The notes beneath the pieces were generated by a model. The model saw nothing but the letters and a program-made list of their open reading frames with translations, did no database searches and was not told the origin of the DNA. A DNA stretch of 62,850 nt, the filler included, from Basidiobolus meristosporus CBS 931.73 (taxonomy: Eukaryota; Fungi; Basidiobolomycota), in assembly GCA_002104905.1 (NCBI GenBank). It is 3 parts of 3 records of this genome, joined end to end, with 100 filler letters (N's around TTAATTAATTAA, not from the genome) between each part and the next. Parts side by side here need not be neighbours in the genome. Positions count along the whole stretch, not along the records: positions 1 to 21,227 come from MCFE01000993.1; positions 21,328 to 36,962 come from MCFE01001144.1; 1 more part is not named here. One strand, written 5' to 3'. The number at the start of each line of letters is the position of its first letter. The first letter of the stretch is position 1. Position numbers and translations under genes: made by a program. Of the stretch, positions 13,349 through 26,600 are shown one piece after another.

Positions 13349-13719
13349 TGTTGCAATTTAAGAAGTGGTTTGGATATAAGAAGCTGATCAAGGAATAGTC
13401 ATAGTAGTTGAACTGTTGTTTATTCACAAGGAAGCCCAGTATTTACACCTTTGTAGAAGTAATACAACTACAAAACTGAGTAAGGAGAGCTTCTCAACAC
13501 TCAGGAGCATTCTGTAACAGCTTCAGGGTTAGTACATGATGTTTAGTAAAGTGCTAATTTGATCATGACTATAGGGCAATAATCATAGGATCAGAGATCT
13601 GAAGGAAGTGACAAAGTTAAGACAGTAGGTTAGTGATACAGTGACCAAAACTAGTCCAGAATTGTCAAGTAAATATTTAGCTGCTGAATTATACAAAATA
13701 GTTAAATGTTTCAACAAGA

Positions 13720-14500
13720 GAGTCTTATGTTGACATTGTGGGAATACCTATCCAGACACATATCAATAATGCAAACTAGACACATCTATAGCTTTTATGC
13801 AAGGAGTTTGTGACAGAATTTCAGCTTCTATACTGCAAGCATAAATCTGAATGAATAGGTCTCTGCTGTTACTGAATGCACTCTCTACCCCAAAATGCTT
13901 GGTATGTGGCAAATATTGGGGCTTGCTTTGCCTTCAGGGAGGTTTGTATAGAGCAGATGTGTGTGGAGTGAGCAAGACAAGTCAAGTTGCAGATACTACC
14001 ATAACCAAACCTCATTAAGAGTATTACCTAGAGTTTACCATGAATGTGATGAGTTGGTAGATGGAGGACAGCCAGGAAGAGTTAGAAAATATTGAGGATA
14101 GATGTGCAGATGAAGACACCAATGTCTTTGGCATAATGAAGTTAAGCAGCCCCAATGCATAGGCTATCAGTCAAGTAATCAAAGTTGGGCATGGTGCTAC
14201 AAGCCACTGGTCTTTATTAGGACTATTCTACTAAGGTACACAGTGTTTCTCCAGGTTGCAAGCCAATTTCTCACTGTTTCATATTGAATTCACCCAAACA
14301 AGAGTAAGAGCACACCTATCAGGGAGACTAATATCCTGCAGGGAGAAGGAATAAATTGGTTAAGTATCAAGAAACTCTTTGCAGATATTTAGTAGGTACT
14401 CATATCAGAAGTGGTGGCAACCAAGCATATGTTTGCAAGATACGTATGTTACCAGCAATAGAAAATCTAATGTAACTTTACAGGTATTACACTAAAGAGG
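13720..14500 (+). pseudogene. CACTA transposase 3' fragment
   Basis: Colinear with 10870-11650. Confidence 0.75.
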
Positions 14501-14751
14501 CATCTAGTCTGTTGTAAAAGTTTATAATTCCACTTATATATACACCTAACTTATTCACTATGGTCATTACCTTTGAATCCTGTAGAATATTGATTAGATA
14601 AACTGTTAGGATTTACTTAAAATATTTTCACCAAAATGTCAGGTACCCAGAACAACAAAATTCTCTACTTGTCCAAACAGCCGCGGACTTCTCACAAATG
14701 TTCTTGGGACCTTTCTAAACCTATTATATGTGTTTGTTATGCCAAGACTAT

Positions 14752-16860
14752 CCCTGTGAAAAATTATTGTGATAATCCCCTCAAAAGGCCATCAAGAATT
14801 ATAAGTCCCATGACTTAGAGGTACTGGTCCCTTTGGACACCATGCAAAGACCATCGAAAAATTATTGCACTTCAGATTTCACAAAAAACTTTTCATCACA
14901 ACAATACAAAAGTGTCTTTTAATTGGTTCCCTGCCAAATTTCTCACCTTCTGACCACAGACACTCTATCACCTCCTATGTTTGTTTGCATTGATTGGCTA
15001 GTGTCTCTTTTTCACACTTCTTACTTCCTGACTCAATGGTTTCTCTTACTTTTATGCATACAAATTGATATATGTCTGTTGAAACATCAGTTGTACCATA
15101 ATTGCCAAATTTATTAATCTATAAAAGTCCCTATACCCTACACAAACATGAAGCCCAACCCCACACTCAACAAGTAGCTCCATCAAGATCCACCACCCTA
15201 CATGTATTTCTGCTATAATGCTCTGTTTCAATGACTCCAGCAGGAACCCAATGGCTATATTCCACTATTCACTCACTGTTCCCACCTTGTCCTGGTTTTC
15301 AGCCAGCACTGCAAGGTCTACCACCTCCTCTGCCAGTCATTGCAATAAGTCCTTGCAATATTCAGGTGGGTTTTTTTAAGCTCAGCTCTTGAAGAAGTGC
15401 TGCAACCTCTGGGTGTGCCTTTCAATGTTCTAAAATACTACTGAAAGCATTGTGATAACCTTTTGAGTTCTTGACATTGTTACTTTGTCTGTCAGTGGGT
15501 TCATCACTTGGCCAGTAATGGAGGGTGCAGAGGCTGTTATTGACAAATTGCCTTTCTGTGCAAACTCATCTACCTCACTTGAGTATAGCTTAACTGGCTA
15601 TGCTTTCAACTCTTGTGAGAACAGCTGTTTTCTTGCTAGTAATTCTACTTGGTTAAGATGGGATGCAGTCTGTTCCTGGCTTATGGCATCAGTTGGCAAG
15701 AACTGCGCTTTTTCTCATACCTCCCTGTCTCTGGCTTGGGTAGACGTTTTTCCCATAACCTTTTCCCTAATCACTGCCAGGTCTTTCACTGCTACTTTGC
15801 CATAGTGCTTCTTGTATTGAACTATATTTTCCTCTTGATAGATATTGAGTCCTATGAATTAGAGGTATTGTTTCTATCAGGACACCGTGCAAAGACTGTC
15901 AAAAATAATTGCACCCAGATTTCACAAAAAGCTTGATCAAAATTTTCATCACAACAATACAATGTAGCTTTTGATTGGGTCTCTGCCAGTTTTCTCACTT
16001 TCTGACCCCAGACATTCTATTGCTTCCTATGTCTGTGTGCATTGATTGGATAGTGTCTCTTTTTAACTCTCCTTACTTCCTAACTCAACTGTTTCTCTGA
16101 CTTTCCATACTTACAAATTGTTTTTTTCTGCTGAAACTTAGTTGTACCTAAATTGCCAACTGTATTGGCCTGTACAAGTCCCTATAGCCTAACCTCAGAC
16201 TCATCAAGTAACTCCATTAAAATCCACCACTCAATAATTATTTCTGCTACAATGGTGTGCTTCCATGACTTTGGTGGGAACCCTACGGCTTTATGCTGCT
16301 GTTCATTCACTGGTTCCCATTTGTACTGGTCTTCAGCCAGCATTACAAAGTCTAGCTCCTCATCAGCCAGTCTTTGCAATAAGTCCTTGCAATATTCAAG
16401 TGTGTTTTCTTGGACTCTCATCTAGAAGTGCTGCAACCTCTTGGTGTGCATATTAATGTTTCAAAATTCCACTGTAGGCATTGTGACAACCTTCTGAGCA
16501 CTTAACAGTGTTACTTTGTCTCTCAGTGGGATTTTCATTATGTCAACAATAGAGGATGTAGAGGCTGTAGTAGACAAGTTGCCTTTTGCTGCAAACTCAT
16601 CTGCCTCACTGTAGGGTAGCACAGCTGGCTGTGCTTCCAACCCTTGTGAAAACAGCTGTTTTCTTGTTGGTAATTCTTCTCAAATATGCTGGGATTCAGT
16701 GTGCTCCTGGCTTACGGTGTGAGTTGGCAAGAACTGCAGCTTTCTTCTCATGCTTCCCTGTCTCTGTCCTAGGTAGACTTACTTCCCTTTTCCTCTATCA
16801 CTGCCAGGTCCTTTGCTGCTACTCTGATCAAGTGCTTCTTGATCATAACCATGCTTTTAT
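14752..16860 (-). mobile_element. Two tandem CACTA ORF2-end fragments (14752-15840, about 15870-16860)
   Basis: TIR CCCTGTGAAAAATT at 14752; subterminal block repeated near 15880; ORF 16182-16421 QENTLEYCKDLLQRLADEELD. Confidence 0.75.
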
Positions 16861-17679
16861 TGAAATATCAGAGAGATCTATGGGATGTGAAATGGGGAAC
16901 TAGTAGTTTTACATGATATTCACCAGTTGATTTATTGAGCTGCAACACAGTATTTGTATATATTGCAAAGCTATGTACATGTAGATCTTTGCTCATTATG
17001 ACGGGAGTCTCAGGAGTATATGTACCTAGTTTCAGCGCATTTATACAAGTTTCCAAGTTTCCTAAAATTCTGTAACTCACTAATTTCTAATAATTAGCAA
17101 GTTTCTTACAAACTAATTTCTAAGTTAGTATTCTAAATTTGTCATTTAGCTAACATCTAGTTCATGATTTATTAATAATCAGGTGGACTCCTAACTATTT
17201 GAATACTCCCACTCACATGATATATTCATATACTTATGAACTTGCTACAATGTTGTATATCTTCTGGTTGCAACTAAACCTACAAATAGCCATCTAACCC
17301 ATAGGACCAATAAATTCTCCCATATATGTTTGGGATTGCATATTATCTGTGATAAATAAGTAAAAGCCTACACTATTTGCAACATACTTCAGCCCCCACC
17401 TGATTGGTAGCTAATAATAGAGGCTACATCCTCTGTGTTTGCGCATTATTTTCATTTCAAGTGGCAACATACTTATGCAAATTCACTGCAGGAATGCAGG
17501 TACATGATCAACTAGAATAGTCTAATCCAAGCTCAGGTATATTTGGATCTTCATCATAGCTCCTTTATGTTACAATAATATGGTTGACGCTTGTTTGGAA
17601 CTTTTGGCCCTGCTTGTAAAGGGCTCTTGAGGAAGCCACTGGTTTTTAACCATTGCACACTTCTTCTTCTGCCTTTGAT

Positions 17680-18696
17680 GATTTGGCAAAATCTGCGTTA
17701 TTTAACTGATTTTTATTGCATTATGGTTAAATCTCCATCAATTGCCATGTATCCCATCATTATGTTGCAAAAATCATCCTCACAAAATGACTGGGTATTT
17801 TATTGATATTTTACTCACAAGTCTATAATCAAATAGGAAATCTGCAATTGATGTGATCTGATCCATGTCAATGTAATCCAAGATGTTTCATTCACAATAT
17901 ATGGAAAATTCAACAATCACAATAGTTTTCATTTATATTTCATTTAAGACCAGGTTGATGCCAATACACCACTATATAAGCATCCAAATCTGTTACTATG
18001 GTCCCTTTACCAAGTCTCAACTCATCTTTAGTTCAACCCGGACAAAACCCATCCCCCAGCTCACAAGCAAGGTCTGGACTGGAAATGGCAATGTTGGATC
18101 CGTTCAAGTTCTTGCCAAATGATTTCAGTATGGCCCAAGTGTCTACAATGAGCCGTCATACAGATATTTGGGCACAACTCATTAATCTAACAGAACTAGA
18201 TACCCTGGAGAGTCAACAGAGATGGAAGAACCTGAGTAGAAAGCTGTGGCATGAGCTCTACATCAAGATGCCAGCGGATGTATATAAGATGATATATAAT
18301 AAGACAAGTATTAAAGTCAAGAATGGGCTGAGAGTGAGGGGATTTGATAAGTAAGCTACATGGGAACAATTTTGTGCACAATTTGCTCAGTATGGGCTGG
18401 ACATGTCTGTTTGTGCCTTGACTTTGGGAACCAAAGAGATTTTGAATGAGTTTTTGCCTCAAATGACTAATGTATTACATGTTATATTAGTAGAGCTAAG
18501 TGGCTTTGGAGAGCTATATACACAGCACTCATCCAGGCAACAGTTTCAAAGTATTAGACAGAGGGTAAGTGAATACCTTGCGGAATTAGAAGGTGAGCTT
18601 CAAGAGGAAGAATACAGACTGCAAGCAACATTGTCTATATTGCACCAGCATGCCTTGCTGGATTCCTTACCATCTCTTGCAACTTCAGCATGCCGG
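17680..18696 (+). mobile_element. Harbinger-like element fragment H1 (intergenic region plus accessory gene 5' part)
   Basis: ORFs 17998-18354 and 18403-18696 are homologous to 42261-43058; the upstream region matches 43960-44280. Confidence 0.85.
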
Positions 18697-19500
18697 TGTG
18701 GTAGGGTAAACATACCCCCCACAGACAAGTTTACTCATATAGTCATTATGATATACTTATCTGTATTTTACCTTATCAGTATTATCCCATTCTTCTTTTG
18801 CCCATATTATCAGTATAATCCCCATATGATGTTTACCCTGATTAGTTATTAGCATTAGTTATACCAGATGTTATTCAGCTTTGTGATCAGTATATGGATC
18901 TACATAAGGCAAGTACCCGCATCAGTACCCGTGACACATGACCTAAGTCTGTGTTACCATCCCTATCATTTCAGTACCATATATGGTATTTCTATGTTGC
19001 ATGGGCTTCAGAATACTGATTCCTGATTAGTTGATTGTGCTGTGCCTTTTAGAACCTTCCAGGACATTCTTGGTATATTTTTAGCTCATAGTGATGTCAT
19101 CAAGAATTCCACTGATGCCTAGAATCTTCTAGAACCTTGTCATTAGTAATCACTTGGCAATCAGGAAAAGTATTTAAGGGAAAGCAATCCCTCATCAATA
19201 AATCATCCCTTCTATCAGTAACACTTCTACCTTATTGATTAGCAGTTGATCACTGCACCTGCCTTCAACAGTACATCTCAGACCTGCCATCAAGGAGCTT
19301 TTCAGGGTAGTGCACAAGACACACAGAGGCCTTTGGAGACACTTGGAGCACCTAGGAAGCTAGAGAAGCAGGAGCTTTTACCATAGTGACATATTGACAA
19401 AGATGCCAGCAGTTTAGACACAGAGGTAATTGCACCCATCAGACACCTCACACACCTTGAGTTGTGTAGATTCTCCCAGGAGTACCTCTACACCACCACA
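18697..19500 (+). repeat. Solo LTR-A (804 bp)
   Basis: TGTGGTAGGG...CACCACCACA; CCGG TSD at 18693-18696 and 19501-19504; TATA-like tatttaaggg followed by AATAAA; closely similar to 43076-43879. Confidence 0.9.
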
Positions 19501-20579
19501 CCGGTGTAGTGGGGTGACAGTGACACCCACGGACAGATGTGCTCATTCCCTTATTTTATACTTCCCTATATCTCTACTACACTTATTTTAGTTTTATCCC
19601 ATTTATCTTACCCAATCAGTACTATCCCATAAGCCGGTTGACTATCACACCTGCTTACCTTATTGCATAAGTTACCCCTCACTTTATGTAAGATTACTAG
19701 CTATAAGTACTTCTATAGTAGGCAAGTACCCGCGCCAGTACCCGTGACACATGATCAGCCCATGTCACCATCCCTACCATTTCCATACCATATGTGGTAT
19801 CCCCATGTTACACAGGTTTCAGAATACTGATTCCTGATTGGTTGGATGTGCTGTGCCTCTTAGAACCTTCCGGCACCTACTTAGAACATTCTTAGGTCAT
19901 TCTTATGTCATTAAGATTTCTATTGATCTCCGGAACCTTCTGGAATATCATGATTAGTAATCACTTAGCAAGTGAAAAAAGTATATAAGGGAGGCTATCC
20001 CTCAACAATAAATCATCATCCCTTTTATCAATATACCAACTTGTTGATTAGTGTGATCACTGCTACCTGCTGCTACCTGAACTTCCAACCCAAGACCACA
20101 GGACACTCCCAGGAAACCACGCTGACAGCCAACTGACCTTGGAGGCACTACTTGTGAGGAATACTCAGAGTAGGTATCTTTTATTATATTTGATTCTTTC
20201 CCAAGTTTGTTCTTGTACAGGCAAAGATACTTTTCTGTCTTTGTAACTATTGACCAAAGCTGCATTCTTATCAGGTCCCTGCTGGTGGAGTTTACAGTTG
20301 TTTTGACTTTGGAAGCTTTGGTACATTGTCATCTCAAAGGACGCTGAACCCAGCACATACTTTTGTTAAGACGCCAACTAAGTTGGGGATTGTAGCTCAA
20401 TAGTTTTCCCTTGACAAGCTTGTGGCTTTATTCCCCCTCACATTAGATTAGAGACAGAACCCAAGTATCCCTAGCAAGCTTTTGCCAGAGGTTATCGCAC
20501 CCAGTGAACACCCCACACACAAAACACTTGAGAAGTGTTGGACGTATCTCTCCCTTGGACTTATACACCACCACATATT

Positions 20580-20597
20580 TGGCACCCAACGTGGGGG
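20580..20597 (+). promoter_or_regulatory. PBS complementary to tRNA-Lys(CUU)
   Basis: TGGCACCCAACGTGGGGG versus canonical Lys1,2 PBS TGGCGCCCAACGTGGGGC (16/18). Confidence 0.85.
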
Positions 20598-20715
20598 GTT
20601 CATACAAGCTCCCTAGGACCCAACAAGATTTACCTGAAGATTTGAGCTGTTATCCGCCTATTGAAAAGAGACTACCAATATTACAAAAATTACAACACCA
20701 ACCTACCTGCCCAAA

Positions 20716-21227
20716 ATGAACTCTATGCCATTACCACTCTCACATGGAGCCCCACAGTTTGATGGAAAGAATGTGGAAAGCTTCATATTCAAATGGGAGA
20801 AGCTCTGCAAGATGTGCAGCCTATCTGAACAAGAAATGGCTGAAGACTTCCCCTACTACTGCACCAATGATATTACCACTAAGCTTCTAAGACAAGGAGA
20901 CATTCTCACTGACTGGGCCTTAATGAAGAACTACCTACAGACCAAGTATGGTAGACCCCAGATATACTATGGAATTGAAGACCTCAGGCACTTTGGAAGA
21001 ACTGGACTTTCCAAGCTACCACTTGAAGAATTCATTCAACAGTATGAAGATATGGCCAAGCCACTCCTTGAGTCCCAGGCTATAACTGAGTTTACCATGA
21101 CACTTTACCTTGCACAAGGGCTTCCCCAAGACTTGGCAAGGAAAGTTGACTTACATGCAGCCAAGGATGACAAGTGTGGCATTCCTTGCTTTGCAGAGAT
21201 GAAACGTGTTCTCTTAGAGGCAAAGCA
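20716..21227 (+). CDS. gag: Retrotransposon Gag-like protein, truncated by assembly gap
   Basis: Open 170 codons right after the PBS; APQFDGKNVESFIFKWEKLC resembles the capsid N-terminus of fungal Ty3 Gags. Confidence 0.7.
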
Positions 21228-21327
21228 NNNNNNNNNNNNNNNNNNNNNNNNNNNNNNNNNNNNNNNNNNNNTTAATTAATTAANNNNNNNNNNNNNNNNN
21301 NNNNNNNNNNNNNNNNNNNNNNNNNNN
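21228..21327. other. Assembly gap with artificial TTAATTAATTAA linker
   Basis: N-run with central 12-mer at 21272-21283. Confidence 0.95.
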
Positions 21328-21357
21328 TTATCATCCATGATCAACAGCTATCATGTA

Positions 21358-21982
21358 CAACTTGCTCCGCATTGATAGTACCACATTAAGCCATGAGTGC
21401 CAAATGATGCCACAATATGCCAGGAAGGCCAAGTGAACCTATAATTGGCCACAGAGTGTGAACATACTTCTTCATGCAAAGAAGTCCCTGTGTTTCACCT
21501 TTAGTGCTTGCAAAAATCCATTTTTTGCCCTTCTTTTGGGATCAATGGTGTGCATGATGTGAAAGAGCACAGAAGGACTGAAGACCTGTATCTGGTACTC
21601 AATACCCATGGCACTCTGCATCTAGCCCCTTCAGCTTATCACATGTCACAAAAATGCAAGGCACTATCTAAACACCATATTTAAGTATTAGCCCTAAAGT
21701 AAATCCTAGACAAAGCACTTAGAATATTAGATATTGCTAGTGGACAAAGATGATGCCTTGCAATTTTATGAGCTCATCATGCAGACCATTGATCCCAAAA
21801 AAGTGCAAAAAATGGATTATTGCCAGGGCAATGGGCAAAACACAGGAGCTGCTTTTCATGAGAATGAAGAACTATGTTTAACACTCTATGGCCATGCTTG
21901 GATCTGCTATGCATTGCAGGCACAAAATGGCACTATTTGGCACTCATGGCTCAATGTGGCAATATCCAATGGAACAGGTTTA
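21358..21982. mobile_element. About 625-bp degenerate MITE of the Harbinger-like family
   Basis: About 50-bp inverted ends (cttgctcc..ccacattaagccatgagtgccaaat versus tggcactcatggctcaatgtggcaatatccaatggaacagg), similar to the H3 right end; TSD unclear. Confidence 0.7.
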
Positions 21983-22142
21983 TAATATTTAGGCAAAATT
22001 GGTTGTCACAGCAGGATAGCATGATGAGAGGAGCTACAGGGGAATACTTTGCAGCTCTACACCATTTAAGGCACAGTGTGGGAGCACACCAAGTGCATAG
22101 CACCTGAAAATATTAAGTTGCACAGCATTTGCTAATGACCGC

Positions 22143-23214
22143 TGTAGTGGGGGTGACAGTAACACCCACTGACAGATGTGCTCATTCCCTTATTTTCTAC
22201 TTCCCTATATCCCTACTACACTCATTTTAGTTTTATCCCATTTGTCTTACCCAATCAGTACTATCCCATAAGCTGGTTGACTATCACACCTGCTTACCTT
22301 ATTGCATAAGTTACCCCTCACTTTATGTAAGATTACTAGTTACAAGTGCTTCTATATTAGGCAAGTACCTGCGCCAGTACCCATGACACATGATCAACCC
22401 ATGTCACCATCCCTACCATTTCCATACCATATATGGTATCCCTATGTTACACAGGTTTCAGAATACTGATTCCTGATTGGTTGGATGTGCTGTGCCTCTT
22501 AGAACCTTCCAGCACCTACTTAGAACATTCTTAGGTCATTCTGATGTCATTAAGATTTCTATTGATATCCGGAACCTTCTGGAACACCATTATTAGTAAT
22601 CACTTAGCCAGTAAGAAAAGTATATAAGGGAGGCTATCCCTCAACAATAAATCATCATCCCTTTTATTAATATACCGACTTGTTGATTAGTGTGATCACT
22701 GCTACCTGCTGCTACCTGAACTTCCAACCCCAGACCACAGGACACTCCCAGGAAACCGCGCTGACAGCCAACTGACCTTGGAGGCACTACTTGTGAGGAA
22801 TACTCAGAGTAGGTATCCTTTATTATATTTGATTCTTTCCCAAGTTTGTTCTTGTACAGGCAAAGATACTTTTCTGTCTTTGTAACTATTGACCACAGCT
22901 GCATTCTTATCAAGTCCCTGCTGGTGGAGTTTACAGTTGTTTCAACTTTGGAAGCTTTAGTACATTGTCATCTCAAAGGACGCTGAACCCAGCACATACT
23001 TTTGTTAAGACGCCAACTAAGTTGGGGATTGTAGCTCAATAGTTTTCCCTTGACAAGCTTGTGGCTTTATTCCCCTTCACATTAGATTAGAGACAGAACC
23101 CAAGTATTCCTAGCAAGCTTTTGCCAGAGGTTATCACACCCAGTGAACACCCCACACACAAAACACTTGAGAAGTGTTGGACGTATCTCTCCCTTGGACC
23201 TATACACCACCACA
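22143..23214 (+). repeat. Solo LTR-B (1072 bp)
   Basis: Closely similar to 19505-20575; own TSD CCGC at 22139-22142 and 23215-23218. Confidence 0.9.
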
Positions 23215-23219
23215 CCGCC

Positions 23220-23640
23220 CAGACATTGGTCTAGATATGAGCCAAAGAGTGTAAAATGCATATTCATTCAAACCTACTCTACTCTGAAAAAGCAAAAAAG
23301 CTGATCAAGCCCATGCATACAATAAGTGTTGAAAGCTCACAATTATTTGACAAGATTACAGTAGTACCTTGCTGGTATTAGTGCTAAATAGGATGATATA
23401 CTGGATGGTGTTTTAGCAGTTCTTTGGTGAATTTTTCATGATACACTGATAGTATTATTGTAGTCTACACTTATTTCAGCAGGTCCAGCTAGGCAGTACA
23501 TGCAAGTACCATATATGGAAAAAAGCCTCACAGTGTTTTGATAACCTTGATGTAGATTTTGTATGCATAATGATGATATTGCAGTGGCCTACAGCTAGTC
23601 ATGCACAATGTGCAGTACAAATTTTCCAAATGATATTTCC
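23220..23640. mobile_element. CACTA transposase-side subterminal fragment
   Basis: 23540-23640 matches 770-850. Confidence 0.6.
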
Positions 23641-26600
23641 TTTGCCACCATGTGTTCCCTAAAATAGTTGAATACTCCTAGATAGTGTTGGAGTTGCTTG
23701 GTGCTAGTGAATTTTGGCCATTCAGGAGTATTGACCAGTTTGAAAGGGTCAAGTTTGTGGCCATCTGGTGTGACTATGAATCCAATTAGATTGATTCTGA
23801 GGCAAGCAAAACTGCACTTTTCAGTATTAAGAATCAGTCCAATGGGTGTCAGTCTATTGATTACATCAATAACATAAGTTTCATGATCATCTTGGTTTGT
23901 ATAATATGATGACATCACTAACAAGTACTAAGGTGTATGGTGCATTCTTCAGTATTGTAATTATAACTTTCTGGCATTTGCTGGTTAGTGTCTTTAGGCC
24001 AAAGGAAGCTCCCTCAAACATCCATTGCATTTTATTTCAAGTAAAGGCAGTCTTATGCTCATGATCAGGATGGATCTGGAATCAGTGATATGCATCCTGC
24101 AAGTCCAATTGGAGAATACTTTTGCACATGCTAGTGAGGAAAAGATATCGTGGATTCTTGGAATTGGAAATTTATCATCTTGAAGAGGTTTGTTCAGAGA
24201 TTTAGGGTCCAAACAGGGTCTCTTCAGAGTTAGATTTCCATTTGCATCCTTCTTGGATGCAAGTGTCAAAGGGCTTTTGAATGTTGTGTTGACAGGGGCT
24301 TGAGTGTTAATTCCATTGTTGGCCCACTTTTGGACTATTTTATCAACTAAGTGTTGACATGAATGTGGAATGAGGTATTGTCTCCTCCATGTTAACTCAC
24401 CAGGTGGGGTTTCTAGTGTAACAATGGATCCAGGAATAGTGCAGAAACTGTTCCAGAGAATAGCTTGGTTTCTTTCAATGGCTGGCTGAATTTTCAATTT
24501 GACTGATTGAGAATACACTTGAAATGTTGGGGTTGACTCCTCTGCTTCTGAATGGGGAGAGATAATCTCAGGAGTCTGATCTGTTCTGGGTGGCTGAGAC
24601 TTGGTGATTCCAGGATATGAAACTGGTAGTCCACCTTGGTGAACGCCAAGTTTGGTGAGGGTGTCTAGACCAATGACTACCTGTGATCCATCTGGAATGT
24701 TAATAGCTTCCATTTGATGCATTATAGTCATCAAACCACAATGTATGCCAATTGGGTTGGTGATACCAATTCTTGAGGTGGAGAGATCCTTAGCTGCAAG
24801 TATGGTTCTTCCTGGTTGCTTTTCTGCTTCCAATTTGCGCTATCAGACTATTTTGGGTGTTACAAAAGAGTTGGATGATCCAGTATCCAGTAGTGCTACA
24901 TATGATTGGCCATTGTACTTGAGTGGCACCTCCATAGCTTTTGGCTGCACAATTGGTTGCTTCTTCTCTTGAACACTTGCAATTTTAGCCGGAATTTCAA
25001 AGAGGTCATGATAATCTTGAACTGTAAGTTCTTCATATGCTTCCTCATATGCTGTTGTTTCATTGGTTGAGCTTTCATCTAGGATCTGGATAATCTTTGC
25101 CAATGGTGTAGAGTTCTTCTCAGGACAGGCGGTGATCTATGTCCCAACTTTCCACATTCAAAGCATTTGTCATCAGCATATGGATTATCAGTTTTGGTAT
25201 TTTGCTGCTTCTCTGATGTGTTTCCTGACTTGTTTGACTGCTTAGTGATGCATTTGCATTCACTAGTAGAGTGATAGCATCTTCCATGAAACTCACAATG
25301 CCTTGTAGCTGCTGACTTCTTCTTAGTCATATGACTGCTCTCTTTTTGGGTTGTTGCTGCATCTTGAGTTGAGTTGCCTGAAGCCTGGCTAACAGCTGCA
25401 GTCAGGGTGATTGCAAGTGTACATATCTCTGAGATTTTGTCATAAGTGCATTCAGGGTTGTATGCTTTGACAATAGCAATATTGTTTGATAGCTGGTGTA
25501 AAAAGTTTGAAAGAAAATAAGAAGTAAACAATGGACTGTCATCACTAACTCCAGCTAATCTCAGTTATCTCTGGAATCTATCACAGAAGTGTTGCACAGA
25601 CTCACCTTTTTGTATTTTAGTTTTCCTTAAGTTTCAGTTTAGATGTGCTTTCTTGAGGGGATCTTCAAAATGGCCGCAAAAGAGGTTCTGGGCAACTTTC
25701 CATGTGCTATTCAGAGAATATTCACTTCAACCCAGTCAGCATCTTGCATGGTGAAACACAGAGGTAGAAGTCTAGCCCAATTTGTGTTGGGGTCTAGCTG
25801 GTGTGCAGCTAAGACATGACCAAACTTGTAAATAAACTTAATAGGATTCTCTACAGCATTGGCTCCTTCAGCATAAAGAGACAAGGATCTTGGGACAACC
25901 ACCAGGGCAGGTCAAGAGGGAGATGTAGATCTGTAGGATCCAAAGGCATGCCTTTTTGGTGGCTGATGCAGTGCAAGGCTTGGTGGATTTTCAATGTTGT
26001 CAATTACAATGGCAACATTCCCTGGGGCTTCTTTGATAGTTCCAATCTCACTGTGATATCCAGAAATAACTTCAAGAAGTTTATCTCTATGATGATTGTA
26101 GATCTTGTCTTGGCAAGCTTTGAGTGTTCAAGCATCAAAGTTTTTCTTTTGCTTGCTGCTGAGGACATATTGCAAAGCTGTTGAATGTGATGGAATTCAA
26201 CAAAAAAATGTTGTATCCATAAGAAAAGTGTAATAAAACTCTTGAATGAGCTAACTGAACCTAAGTGACAACTAAGCTCAGAATCTTAGAATTGTCAAGG
26301 GTGACAGAAATATTAACAGAGAAGTTCTGGTCTAATATTGGTTTTGTATATATTTGAGTTGGGCTGTAAATGCCACATAGTTGGTTTGCCATACAGGCTA
26401 GGCTTGATGTTCTTGGGAGTGCTAGATATGCTAGGCTGGGTAGAAACTAGAACAGAATTGTTGAATTCTTAATTTTGCTGAAGCACAATCTTAATTTCAT
26501 TGAAGCACACACTGAGTCAAAAGGTTCAGTAATCTTTATTTATGTTCTTTGGATCAAGTTGAATTAGTAAGTGCTAGGAGACTGGACTAATTGAAATCTG

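Larger units (their letters stand above)
12403..13716 (-). mobile_element. Ty1/Copia 5' remnant (LTR, PBS, gag, protease fragment)
   Basis: LTR 13349-13716 with TGTTG...CAACA ends; PBS TGTTATGAGCCC; gag LNGQNYRPWRIKMQICLEERKLWSIV; protease motif YIDSGASQYIS. Confidence 0.85.
19505..21227 (+). mobile_element. Ty3/Gypsy-like element B, 5' part (LTR 19505-20575, PBS, gag), runs into gap
   Basis: LTR TGTAGTGGGG...ACCACCACA; PBS immediately after; gag-like ORF follows. Confidence 0.85.

Noticed and set aside
21272-21283. TTAATTAATTAA palindrome inside N-runs (also 37007-37018)
   Set aside because: Identical, centred in 100-bp gaps and gives stops in all six frames: a scaffolding linker
20002-22913. 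Duplicated 87-90-aa minus-strand ORF (MQLWSIVTKTEK...)
   Set aside because: Antisense frame in two near-identical LTR-B copies; no independent coding evidence
19505-23214. Complete element with LTRs 19505-20575 and 22143-23214
   Set aside because: The second LTR has its own CCGC TSD on both sides and no pol or PPT precedes it, so it is an independent solo LTR
23400-23640. DIRS/tyrosine-recombinase RNase H-like motif (VDYNNT)
   Set aside because: The DNA matches the CACTA subterminal region at 770-850; the motif is coincidental
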